Made by a program: the position numbers and the translations under genes. Below the pieces are notes generated by a model. It searched no databases. It saw nothing but the letters and a program-made list of their open reading frames with translations, and was not told the origin of the DNA. Source: Podarcis gaigeae (taxonomy: Eukaryota). Taken from it: a stretch of DNA of 64,000 bases. How positions within the stretch are numbered: position 1 is the stretch's first letter; each line of letters starts with the position of its first letter. This document shows positions 1-13,500 of this stretch, piece by piece. The stretch lies in assembly GCA_964106915.2 (NCBI GenBank), contig OZ066919.1; one strand, written 5' to 3'.

Positions 1-181
1 GCAGGCTTCAGCATGCAGGCAACTCTCCGCGAAGCCTGGAGAACGAGAGGGGTTGGTGTGCGCCGACCCCTCTCGCTCTCCAGGCTTCACCGAAAGCCTG
101 CATTCACCCCATAGGACGCACACACATTTCCCCTTCATTTTTGGAGGGGGAAAAGTGCGTCCTATAGGGCGAAAAATACGG
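1..181. mobile_element. Right end of a Tc1/mariner-type MITE
   Basis: Ends gtgcgtcctatagggcgaaaaatacgg|TA; related TIR to the 2772-3023 element; CpG-rich. Confidence 0.8.
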
Positions 182-482
182 TAGTTAAATTCTACCCTGT
201 GGTTTTTGCAATTAGAAGATACTGTGTTTGCAAATTTAGGATTCACATGAGAAAATTTGTTTGAAACTACTGTGTAGCCACCTGTGTAGAGGATTCTTTT
301 GAACTGGCTGAGAATCCTTTATTTCAAAAATACTATTCATTATTCCATTTATTTTGTTACTTCTGCTGAAACTGGCCTCAGAATAGGCACTATGACCACT
401 AGTATTGAGAGTTGAAAAAGGGGTGTACTTCACATTAAAAAAATAATTTAGGGGGAAAATATGCTGTTTTCAATATCTAACA

Positions 483-484
<2 letters not shown>

Positions 485-528
<44 letters not shown>
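485..528 (+). repeat. (TC)22 microsatellite forming the polypyrimidine tract of the 535 exon
   Basis: Directly visible; ends 4 nt before the AG. Confidence 0.95.
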
Positions 529-532
<4 letters not shown>

Positions 533-534
533 AG

Positions 535-607
535 GGCTCTTGAAAAGGCTTACAACTCTAAAAGTAGATGACAATCAACTCACAATTCTCCCCAATGCCA
601 TTGGAAA
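535..607 (+). CDS. LRRC7: LRRC7 exon (LRR): (G)[23 protein letters not shown](N)
   Basis: tttcag|GG ... GGAAA|gtaagt; 73 nt, phase 1 to 2. Confidence 0.95.
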
Positions 608-3600
608 GTAAGTGGTGGAAGTTTATAGATTTAATGTACTTAGCCATAAGGTTGTTTTCAAGACAAATGTGTATTTTCTGTCTCAGGAGGAAATGGACAC
701 TTAACCTTTCCTGGGTGGGCGCCTGTTGCGGTCTCTCATGCTTGGCCGCCATATGTCCAGGTGGTCATTAGGGGAGTTCCCTCTGGCAACCTGGACTTCT
801 GGCTTGAGTTCCCGCTGGCTGCTGCATCTCAAATGGGCCAATCAGTGGCCTCCCATGGGGTGTGTGCCTCGCCAACAGGTAGCGCATTGGCTGTACATGT
901 GCCCTCACAGCTGGTGAGTCATAAAAGCTGGGAGCACTGAGGAAATAGTTTTTAGCTTACACCAGGATGTTGTCTTGCTTGAGTTTTATCTGAACATCTC
1001 AGAATGATCTTTCCACATCCTGCACATCCATCATGACTTAGCCTTCTACATTGATAGGACAGCTGTGTTTCAACATGATCCTTTTCTTTCCCATGTGTTC
1101 TGAGGGCTCTAGAAAGATTCTACCTGCATTGACTCAGGGCCTCTCATGTTGTTTTCTGTAAGCTTTAATTTTGCTATGGACTGGCATAGCTCCCCAGTAC
1201 CAATGGGAGTCCACATCTACTTTTACAAGAGCCACAGCCTTTCAAAGAGGAATTTCCAGCTTCTTTTGCAGGCATCTTTGTTTGTCAGGCATGATGCTAT
1301 GGATATTTAGGCTTGGGCAGGTACCTCTATTTGATGGGCTGTGTTGAGCTCAGCAATTACTAGTCAGTACTTGCCCCACCTTGGGGTAAATTAGCTTGCT
1401 ATTCTACCATGTGTGAAACTGCACAAAGACCCCAAAGAGAAGCAGGTTGTTTGCCTGCAACTTTAGTTCCTGTGGTCATATGTTCACTCAAACAACCCAC
1501 CCTTTTTCACACCTCCTGTCACTCAAGTGTTTCCTTATATAACTGCCATCCGCTAGTATCTGAGAGGGAATGTAGGAACTACACCCCTTGAACGTGTGCT
1601 TTGGGCAGATTTCCTGCCAAAATGTTTATCAGAAGGTTTCAGACTTCGCACAGGTACAGAACTCCATGTATGTGCCTGCACAAATGACTACTCAAGGAGC
1701 TACAGTTTAAGATAAGCAACCTGTTTTTCTTTAAGTATCATTGATTTCGTTTGAAGAACTGAGCACATGCTTAAATCTCTTCTGTTAAGATCGATGGGAA
1801 TTACAAGTGCTTAACTTGAGCTGTGCTGTGCTCATAGTGTTCTTTTTTGTTATACAAAATTTTGAAATGCTTTCCAAATACAATGCCTGCTTTTTGTGGG
1901 ACATGTGGGGGATAACTTAACAGCCTACTCCTTACAGCTTCATTGCCTTGTGTAGTGAGAAATAAACAGACAAGGGCATAACAGCAGCTACATGTTCTGG
2001 TAAATAAACTGTTACTTTCTTGATCTAGTTCCATTGCAGCACAGGGAAGGAATCACTGTAGCACTCTTAAACCTTAACTCTGCTCCTTAATTATAAAGTT
2101 GAATCAGTTTTTTAAATTGAAAGGTAAAAATAATATAAAATTCAAAGACTATCAAGATTCTTTTAAATTTCCCTTACTAAGTGGAGTTACAGAATAATTT
2201 TAACAACTAAGTATAAAACAATAAGTGCTTTGTAGAATCATATTTATTTATAAATAATAGCTTTGGTAGCATTTTCCAGATGTTTAGCAAGAGCTTAATG
2301 AGCGGTAATAAAAAACAGATACATAAATTACTACTTTATTGAGATGATAGCTTTGGCAGACAGTGTTTTGTTCTATTTTTATCATTTGTTTAGCTGCTGA
2401 GAGTTTTGTGAGAACTCCAGTAAATATATGTTGCATCATGTAAAGTGTCATTTATGAATATTTTTTATATATGATTCAGTTTGGACTGTACAGAAATTGT
2501 GCAAGAAGAACCTTGCTTTTCAGTGATGTGCAAGTTAAAACTATTTATGTTAAAGATTTTTGTTGTTGTTTGATTTAAATTTGCAATGGAAATTTTTCCA
2601 TAAGAATTCTTTTATGAAATGATTATTTAAATTCACAGAAGGATGGGACAATTTAAATAATGGGGGGGGGGGGAGCTCTCAATGAGTCACAGTTGCAAGC
2701 TCATGAGTGCCACCATCCACAACTGTCTTCCACACATTTGCAAACCAATTTTTTAAAAGAAATTTTAGGTACCGTATTTTTTGTTCTATAAGACTCACTT
2801 TTTCCCTCCTAAAAAGTAAGGGGAAATGTGTGTGCGTCTTATGGAGCCAATGCAGGCTGCGCAGCTATCACAGAACAGCAAGAGGGATTGCTGCTTTCGC
2901 TGCGCAGCGATCCCTCTTGCTGTTCTGGCTTCTGAGATTCAGAATATTTTTTTTCTTGTTTTCCTCCTCCAAAAACTAGGTGCGTCTTGTGGTCTGGTGC
3001 GTCATATAGAGTGAAAAATACGGTATTTTCTAAAGCTTTGCTCTGTTAGCAGTTACTGCAGCAGCATGGGATCCAGCCACAGGAAAGTGGCAACCAGGCT
3101 ACAGAAATCATGTATAATGGGATCTAATAGGCTTTTTTCCTTCTCTCTCTTTTATTATCTATATTTATTGATACTTGTCAATAAATATACTGCACTTGAC
3201 CATTAGTAGAACACGCCGTGTTTCCTTCCTTGCAGATGTGCTCATCTTCAAAGTATCTTAACTAGACCGAAAGCTTCTTACCATTTTGAAATGATGCTTG
3301 CATATTTTTGTCTTTATACTGAATCTTTCAGATGAGATCCATATAATTTTAGAATCTTGATGACCATGTCTGGCATGAATATAGCAATTATCATTTACAT
3401 CTCATAATTTGTCAATTTACAATGACCATTTTGTTTCATTCTCATTTTGCAATTGAGAGGTTATTACATCATCCTAAGTCCTTATAACATTTTTCATATT
3501 TGAGAGATATATTCAGCTGTACAAATAGGATTTTCTTCCCCTTTAGCCCCACAGTTCTCGGTGCGGGAGGGGCAGGTGCAGCGGGTGAAGGAGGAAGCAA

Positions 3601-6600
3601 ATGCTGTTGCATCCACAGACAAGATATTAGATTGCTCCCTTAATGCTTACGTAATGAATGATTTTGTGATAGCACTTTGCTTCAATCCTGAATGCCTTTG
3701 CTCTGAGCAATACATGTCTCTTCATTTACACAGAAGCACATATAAAGTAGCTTTATACTGAGTTATACCATTGGTCCATCTATCCCAGTATTGTCTACTC
3801 TGATTGTTGATGGCTTTCACAGTGGTCTTTCTCAGTTCTGCTACCTGAAATCCTTGAACTGAAGGTGCCAGGGATTGAATTCAGCATTTGGTTAGTGTGG
3901 ATGCGTTTGAAACGCAACATTCCCCTTCTTCCATATATTCTGTATTGCCATTCTAGGGACTGGTGGCATCTGAAAGGGAATTGCAATAAATGATAACGTT
4001 TCTTGTCTGGCTGTAGCATCACTGAAGGTGCAGCATGATCATTTTGCCAGGTGGTCTACTAAAGCACAGTCACCTATGTCTACATCTTCTGTCAGCGTAA
4101 GCCTAAAGTGGATCTGGGCCAAGTTGTCTGAATGCTGCCTTTAGAAATGATCACTTCCTCTGGCTTAAATTACAGCTTGGCAGCCGCAAGCATATAATGA
4201 AAAGCCTAACAAAGCTTTCAGCTGTTCTCTTTCCAACCCACTTCATGAATCACTGTGCAGTTCTCAAGAGGATGACACACTTCAGTCCTCCAGGCTAGTG
4301 TGGTCTAGTAGCTAGTTGCAGGGGAGATGTGTGGGGAACCAGATGGGCTGTGGGTTGTGGAGCAGCTGCTTTTAGATTTGTTCGTCTGAGGAATGTCGAA
4401 GTAAATAACTGAAGGCCATATTGGGCACTTGCTATTTTACTGTTGCCAATAAATTTATGGGGGAAAGCTTTGATCTTGGTCATTTGTAAAATATAATACT
4501 TCTGTAAATGAGAAGTCAGTGTGTACCCCCTTCCCTCCTGTCCTGGGTAGTTGGTAGCCAATATTATACCTGCTACATAACCATAACATTATGGTAGTTC
4601 AGGATTTATTGAAACAGTTTCTTTTTAATTCAGTCAAGCTTTCAACAGAGAGTGCCACTTATCAGGCTGTTTTAGCAGTTAAATTCACAGAATTATTGCA
4701 GAATTATTTTGTAGGATTATGGAAACTTGTTTATTTATTTTCATGTTTATCTTACCCTGCATCAAATCAAGTGACCACAAGGGTGGGACACATCAATTAT
4801 TAAAAACAACATCAATAAAAAATTGAGAACAGTATACAATTCATAAATATTATAACTGCTCTCTCCAAGTATCAGTGGCTGAGTACCCTACATCATTAAA
4901 AATCTGGATAAAGAGGTAAGTTTTAACTTGGTGCTGAAATCCAACCAGCGTAGACACCAACCTAAACTCAAGGTGGAGGGCATTCCACAACTTTCCACAG
5001 GTCTCTTCACAAGTCTCAGGTGTATGAAGCCCACTTGGTGATAGAATAGTGAGTATAGCATCTCCAGCAGGCAGGATAATATAGGATGAAGTGCTCCTTC
5101 AGGTAACCTAACCCTAAAATTTTTAGATCATTATAAGTCAGCATTACAACCTTAAAATAAGCACAGTAGCATATTGGCAGACTGTACAAACTCTTCAGAA
5201 CTGGTGTTATATGAACTAAACTGGCTGAACCACTCCATACTCTTGCCATGGTGGTCTTCCCCTGCTACAACTTCTGAACCATTTTCAAGAGCAGAGCCCC
5301 ACATAGAGTATGTTAGAGTAATCTAACTTGGAAGTTACCAAACTGCAGGATCCTGCTGCCAGGCTATCACCGTCTAAGAATGGCTGTAGCTGGCAAGCAA
5401 ACTGCAGCTACTAATAGGTGTTCCAAGACATGTGAATCCAGGGGCACCTCCAGATGCCATCAGAAGGAGTGCAGCTCCCTCCAGAATATGCCATCTATCC
5501 AGCTCTTGAACACAAGAATCTCCTGTCAACAGGATTGCTATCTTGTCAGGATTCAGCTTCAGTTTTGGCTGTCATCCAACCCATTACTGCTTCCAGACAT
5601 CCGTCCAACAACTGCACAACCTCCCCTGTCTCAGATGATATGTAAAGGCAGTGATTGGTATCAGTGTATTTATGGAATAATACTCCTAGCGCAGTGGGCC
5701 TCAGCTTATGCTCACTTTACTGACACAATCACGACCTTAGGTGCATGGCCAATAAGTAAGTAAATAAATGGTGAGCTGGGAAAACCCACCATGGAAAGAG
5801 TTTTTAAGCCCTCCACCTCACTTACCAGGCTTTGGGAGGGAGCTTGAAGGGCCGTGAAATGCTTTCAGAGCCCTCCTGCCTCCTTCCCAGATACCTTACT
5901 TACTGGGCATTGGGGATGACGTGTAAAAGCTCTGGGAAAGTCCCAAGAGCGTGGTAAGTGAGGCGGAGGGCAGGGCCAACTCTGGACAGGTGGGGTGGGG
6001 GGTGCACCAGGGATGGGTGGGTTCCTGGCTTTACGCAATGGCAAGAGCTTTTTGATTCATCTGTCTCGCTTACCTGGCTCTGGGAGCATCCCAAGGCTTG
6101 TGCAGTAAGTGAGGCAGAGGGCAAGGCCTGCTCCAGACAAGTTGAGAGTGGTTCCTGGGAATCCTGGCTTCACACAATTTTGCCTTTGCATGTGGACTTT
6201 TAGAACTGAACCCTCATGTAAGTGGCAGGTCCACTGTACCTTGAAGAACTCTCAGAATGGCTGTAACATCTATTTAAACAGCATGGGGGACAGTATGGAA
6301 TTGTCTTGGTGCCATTCTCTGGAAACAGCCCTGTAGGTAGAAGTTGAACCTCTGTTTCACCATGTTTCTGACTTCCAGCTACAGAACTGATTCAGAAGGA
6401 AACAGTGGTCAGTGCTATCAAAAGCCACCAATAAGTCTAGGAGACTTAGCAGGGTTGCATTCCCATAGTACAGGTCAGTCAGATCCACCAAGATTATTTC
6501 AGTACTAAAACTGGGCCTGAAGCCAGACTGAAATTGGTCTAGACAATCCCTTGTAAAATATGTATTACTTAAGTAATACTGGAAAGTGTTTCTGCAGTTT

Positions 6601-9600
6601 TATTACAGTACATTTATTGTCAGTATAAGACTCAGTTGCTAGCATTTCTACTTAAAGGATTCATGGTTAAGATATCTCTTGATGGGGCCTGTTTATGCAT
6701 GATAAAATTGCATATGTCAATTTTGCTTCATATGCAAATGGGAGGAGACCAATACACACATCTGCCGTAATTACATGTGGTAGGAACTTTCTGCCAATCA
6801 TATACACGTGACAAAATATACATGGGTTTGCCATATACTACTGCATAAATGCTCTTCCTGTGCCTTTATTATTAGTTAGTGTTGATAGTAGTGCCCTAGG
6901 TGGACCACTCCTCTGCTTCAACTAGAAAGCATTTCCTAATATAATTCCATTATGTCCTTCAAATGCATATTTTGTACTGCAGCTCAAAAATGTGTAAGAT
7001 ACTTATATTTTTGTCATTTGAAAGTCTTATGTTTGCATAGTTTGCAGATCTGGAATGTTAAGATTTAGATAATAAAAAACCCTAGTGATAGATGGCTTTG
7101 TGACATAGACTAACAAATGTACTTAACGTTTCAGTTTATCTTTATTAGAGGAATTCGACTGCAGCTGTAATGAACTAGAGTCTCTACCTCCCACCATTGG
7201 CTACTTGCACAGTCTGCGGACACTAGCTGTAGATGAAAATTTCCTGCCTGAACTGCCTAGAGAAGTAAGAATATATTATGAAATATGATTACTTTAAAAT
7301 TTCCCTGTCTTTATCCAGAATAAATTTACACTGAAGGCACTATTACCGAATCAGAGTTTGTTCTCAATACAAAAGGGCAATATTCACATAAGAATGATGA
7401 ATTTCAAACATTTTTAATTTCTAAAGTTTTGTATCAGCTTGTAAATGTTACATCATACTTTGAAAATAGGGCAATTTGGAAGTTAACAATCCAGTGCAAC
7501 CATTAGGTAACAATTTATTTCTTCAGGGAACAGTGCCCACAAGGAGGAGTCAATATGCTGGCCACTCCTTTGCCACAATGCTTTCTGTACACATTTCTAC
7601 TCTTTTTTACTGAGGATGCTTCCAACACGTTCAGGAGCTTCAGGCTGATGTCATTCTTGGTGCACCATCTTCATTCCCAGAACTGTTGTATGAAGACATG
7701 ACGAACCAAGTAGACTGGGACCCTATGGTTACAATTTTTCATCTTCATGTGAGCCTTTCCTAACTGAGAGCTTGGAAATTGAACAGCAGTGGTTTTATCA
7801 ATTTGGTGCAGCTGAGGTTGTTAGACATAATGCCCAAAATTGATTAACTTGTCTGCAAGATGGTATCTAGTAACTAGTTCTACTAGAATACACAGTTGAT
7901 TTCCTTACACAGTGTAATGGTGTGGGAACAGAGCTTCTAAAGGCAAGCCTTTCAGTGTTTGAGTTTATTCAAACTGGGGTTAAAAACCCCCCAGACATTT
8001 TTGGAAATTACCTTGCTTGCAAGGGTTTTTGGTTTCTAAAGTGTGCATTCACTTAACCCTATAGTGGGTCAAAGGTTTCCAACTTGGAATCATAATGCAG
8101 TTCTCATCGATCAATATGTTGAGCATATGCTTTTTCCACTCAAGAGTTTGAGATTATCAGTATTGGGATTCATTCGGATATAAAGGGTTGAGTACATTCT
8201 AAAAGAATAAAAGGCATATCCACTCCCAGTTGGTGGCAACTTGTTACCCTTAGGTTAGGATTCAAATGATTCTTGCATGTTTATGAGTCTGTTCCTCTTT
8301 GGCTTTCTGATTATTGGTTGAATATTGTTTTTGTATTTATTTGTTTTGATTTTGCATTGGTTTAAGTCTTTATACCTTGTATGTGAATAGAAATACATTT
8401 TATAAATAAATAAAATAAATTATGTTTCGCTAGATTTGAAAACCACCTTCACTCAGTTTGTTGCACATTGTCTTCTATCCCTCTGAATAAATTGTCTGTT
8501 AGTGTTGTATAAGTTGTGGACAAAATATGCAGGAACAGAGAAATAGTTCCAAAGGGGGCTCTCCATGCAAATATCAAATCTGGGCAAAAGCTGCAAAGTG
8601 AAAACGTTCCATCCTAGGGGGAGATGAAGTCAATTTCTCAACCTGTGTTATAATCCAGAACAGCTGACACTAACGAATCTGGCTTCTAAAAGCATAATTC
8701 CAACTCCTGTCAGTCAAAAGTATGGGTTTTGCAGCCAAGTCCAGTGTTCTTTGTCACAATCTTTGCCAGGTTCTTGGTTAAAGCTTTGGTATGATGGTGA
8801 TAAAGAACCACTCAATCTAAGCAACAGCAGTTTCTGTAGCTTGAATGCAGGAATACTCATTCAAGGCATTTGCAAAGCAGTGACATGAGTTCAAGCCACA
8901 CATCTGTTAAACACTATAGATCATTTTTACATTCTTCTCCCACATGACATCACTTCATCAGAAAATGTCTAAAATATACAAGACTCAAGCCTAGCTTCTG
9001 CTCACATCCACATTGCATATCTTGAGAAATGGGTGATATTGGCATGGGAATAAACTGTATCATGTACCTTGTGGCTTGTATCTTCTCTTGTGACATATAT
9101 GTTGGAGTGGTTTTCAAGTGGCTTATACTGCATTACATCATAGCTTAGGTGATGTCAGGGGAGGCCTTAAGGTGCCACATCTCTGTCCCGACAGACATTT
9201 CTGTGAGGCAGTTACTTAGAAAGGCTTGGTAACCTAAGGGAGTAGTTTTCATATAACATAGAGGGAGTAGCATCTAGATGATAAGTGGTGGGTGGGATTT
9301 ACGTGTACTTAACATTGGGATCTAAGTTTTTCATGGGTAATGAATGCAAAGGTATGTGATTTGTAAAAGAGGGTTCCATTTGTGCTTGCAAGGCTCTATA
9401 CTTTATGCATTGCTAATGCATGATAATGCGACTACCATGGAGCATGGAGTTTCTTCCATAAACAATCTAAATAGGTCAAATTAGGATGTGTTTAAAAAGG
9501 TAAAGGTACCCCTGACCGTTAGGTCCAGTTGCGGATGAGGTTTAGGATGACTTAATTAGGCTAGAGGTCAGACAAAGAGAAAAGCATTCATATTTTCTGG

Positions 9601-10473
9601 AATTTTTATACTGCTTGGTGCTTTTCCCTAATTGATAAGCATCAAGATCAGCACCAAACAACATGTAAAAAAGCATATATAATTAAGTTATTTTAAAGAT
9701 GTAACTAAGCTACCTATATAGATGGCAATTCTGGTGACATAGCCTATGCCTTAACAATTGTTTTTGACGCCTACAGATTGGAAGTTGTAAGAATGTAACA
9801 GTTATGTCTCTGCGCTCTAACAAACTGGAATTTCTTCCTGATGAGATTGGACAAATGCAGAAACTCAGAGTCTTAAACTTGAGTGACAACAGGTAATGTT
9901 TTTTATTATTTTAGATTTCTTGCATAATCAGTGCTCTTTTGAACCGAGAACTGTTCAAAATGCATCCTAACATTTTTCTCTTAAAGCATTGCCAGATTAT
10001 CAGCTGACAGAACAACATATGTGCAGATATGTTAATTTGTTTCATGGGATGCAGACAGCTTTTCTCAAGGAAGCATTTCTCTTTTTCATTAGTTGAACAA
10101 CAGCAGTGACATTATTGTTGGCATAAAGTTATTTAGGTGCTGCACAAAGTTTATTAAATAACACAATACCTTCCACAGGGTTGCAAACTAATGGATGTAA
10201 TTAAAAAGGAGAAGGAACAAGGACACAGTTGCTCTAAACCATGTAGCGTAGAGAGAAAAGAGAAATGTCAAAAACGTTTCTGGTTTAGAAAGCCACAAGA
10301 GGCTACTTCATCAAAGGAGGAAGGCAGAGCTAAAACTGGGAGGTTCTACAAACCAGTGGAGGTTCTACAAACCTCTGGTGTCCAACTCGCAGAACAGGAT
10401 GACCTTCTCCTCTGAATGAGAATTACATTTAATTCATAAAGAAGAATGCAAACATTTGATAAATGTTGCAGAT

Positions 10474-10516
<43 letters not shown>

Positions 10517-13500
10517 GCTTAAATATTTCAGGTCATTTTATGAATAATATGTCATCAACTGACATTTTCCAGAGGCTGCAGTAATTAAAGCCAAAATCCT
10601 ATGATTCATTTAACTGAAAAGGGTAGCAAAAAAAATTCAACTTCAACTAATTTAAACATCCCTCTTCTTCTTGTTGGAACTAATTAGAGTTTTCTATATA
10701 GCACTTGTTTCCCCCCACATGCAGTCATTTAAAACACAAAAGTGGGAATAATTTCACAGAATCAGCATACTGATATTGTGATTTAATTTTCATTTAGCAT
10801 GAACCATGTTTGTAAATGTAGTGCCCTAATAGGGTTACAGGGTCTTGAAATCAAACATTCTGGTACTTGGATGGGGCCTGTGTTATATGGAATGTAAAGG
10901 GTTAAAAGGTAACTGGCTGCAACCATTGCTCCTCCTATGATTCAGTGAGTAGGATTTATGGTATGTTTGTGTGTGTTTTTAGCTCTCTACCTGTTCAGTT
11001 CTATGTAAGCTGGACTCAGAACTAGTCCTGTTTATTGTCCGCTTCATAAAGCAACTGTCTTTCTGTCCCCTTGGAGTCTTCTGTAGTGCACGGTTAACAA
11101 GAAGGTATGCCACTGAATAAGTAGACACATAAAGAGGGACCCAGTTAAGAATATTTTGTGGTTCCTGTTTCTGCTGACCTCCCAGCCCAAGGGTTATGCC
11201 AGAAATACAGTTTCCAAGAAGTTGGTGTGTCGGAACAATGTGCACCACAACTGGAGAAAATGGAAGCAGAGCTCTGAAGTATAAAGCTTTTCTGGTGGAA
11301 CAGATATAAAGGACAGCAGGTTCCAAACTGCCCTATTTCTGCATGTTGTTAGAGAAGAGGCTAGGGAGGGTGTCAGAATGAGATTTATGATGGACACAAG
11401 GGAAAAGCATTAATCCCAGTGTCACAGATTTAAAGATGCTTGCCCTGCGGTGAGAGGGCACTTTCATAGGAGACTGCTAAGCTTGCCCTCATGTTTGAGC
11501 ACATATCCAGCATAACAATGAAAGCTATTCCTAAAAAAAGCACAAGCCTTTATTAATTCTTTTGTAAATGCATGCTAGCGTGAAAGTGATTCATAAGGAT
11601 TTTATTCTGGTAGCAGTCAAAAGTGAGACATTTAGCAGCTGGAAGACATTTGCAGGGTTTCCTTGCAGCAATGGTGTTCTTGAATTTGGAATACTGCCTT
11701 GGCTAAAAACTTAACACATAACNNNNNNNNNNNNNNNNNNNNNNNNNNNNNNNNNNNNNNNNNNNNNNNNNNNNNNNNNNNNNNNNNNNNNNNNNNNNNN
11801 NNNNNNNNNNNNNNNNNNNNNNNNNNNNNNNNNNNNNNNNNNNNNNNNNNNNNGGAAATTAAATTATGTATACATTTTTAACTGGGAAAATATTCTTTGA
11901 AAAAGAATCAAGTATTTCCATAAAGATGTCTTTTAAAAGCAATTCAAGAGGATGACCAAAGTTGAAATTGCTGTCATCTGACTGTTAAAATGCTGCATAA
12001 ATATCTTGACAATGTTTAAGTAAATACTCAAGTTGTCCCAATTTTGTTATTTTTACAGATTGAAAAATTTGCCTATCACTTTTACAAAACTTAAAGAACT
12101 TGCAGCTTTGTGGCTTTCAGACAACCAGGTAAAGATTTTAATGTCTGTTCTCATTTTAACAGCTAAATAAAAGGGCAGCAAGCTCAGCTGTATTTGTATT
12201 TGTAAAATATTTATGCTTTCTGGCGGGGGGGGGGGGATAAAAATTATGAGTATAATGCAAAATTGTTCAAAGCATCTCAAGTTCTGCTTCCTTCAAGTTC
12301 ATCCGTATCATCAGATCTCCCAGCAAACCCCCAAATATTTTGGAGCACCAAGCAGTGCTAGCCCTACTGTTAGGCAGAGTGCAGTGACATGGGGAAGCAG
12401 TGAGATGTTGGGCGGCAAGAATTTACTAGTTCAAATAGCAACCTTTTAATGTATTTATTTCCTTCTGTACAATGTGATGGGTGTTTCACAAGGGAGGGTG
12501 CTTAAGCCCAAGACCTGTTGAGTCTAACCATCTGTCAGTGATGGGGAACCTTTGATCCACAGGCTTAATTTTGGTCTAGCCATACCCACCTGCCATCATA
12601 TACAATGTGGAGTATTTGGCAGTTAAAGATATGCCTGGGCTGAAAGGGATTTTGCAGACAGTGACTCTCAGCTGATCACCGGTGCCAACAAAGCCCTATA
12701 TGTTGTAAGCGACAAACATCAGTAGAGTATCAAGGCTTGCAAAGTACTATGCTTTTCCCTGCAGAGTTTGATTTCATTCTGACACCAGGTGTTTCAGAGG
12801 TTGGCAGCCCTTTCCAACTGTCAGACGTGGCCCATAGAAGGTTGGGGAAAGTAAGGTTCTGCCCCACTGGCTGGATCCAGTTCTCCATCCTTGCCATATA
12901 AAAGGAGGATGGAGTCTTCTATCTATGATAGAACTGTGGCATTGTAGAGATGTTACAGGAAGGACAGTGTTTATGTAAATGTAAAACAGATAATCAGTAT
13001 GCAGGCTTCTGGATCATACTCTTAGTTTTAATGATACCGCAATTTCTTCTTTAGGACAAAAGGGTAGTAGCATATAGAACAGTACTGTATCTAAGTAATA
13101 AGAAAACAACACAGCACCATCTGTTGGTTGGAGCTGCTATTTCCTAATCATTACAATGCAATTTAATACCTAGAAATTATGTAGTTAGTATTGTTTTGAT
13201 GAAGAATGTTAATTACAATGCTCATTGTAATGGGACACTATTTGTTAGTGTACATGATAATTTTAGATGCCATCATTTTGGAGTTATTGTAATGTTGTTT
13301 GCTTTGAATTTGCAGTCCAAGGCCCTTATCCCTCTTCAAACTGAGGCACATCCAGAAACAAAGCAAAGAGTGCTGACCAACTACATGTTTCCTCAGCAAC
13401 CTCGTGGTGATGAAGGTACTTATCAAAAAAAGGAAAGCTATTCAGTAAATAATCAATGTTGACTTAAGTATTCTAAACAATTATTCTATAGATAGTTGTT

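Noticed and set aside
7119-9776. U12-like branch motifs (acttaac at 7121, gccttaac at 9748) near acceptors
   Set aside because: The matching donors are gtaagt and gtaaga (U2 type), not GTATCCTT.
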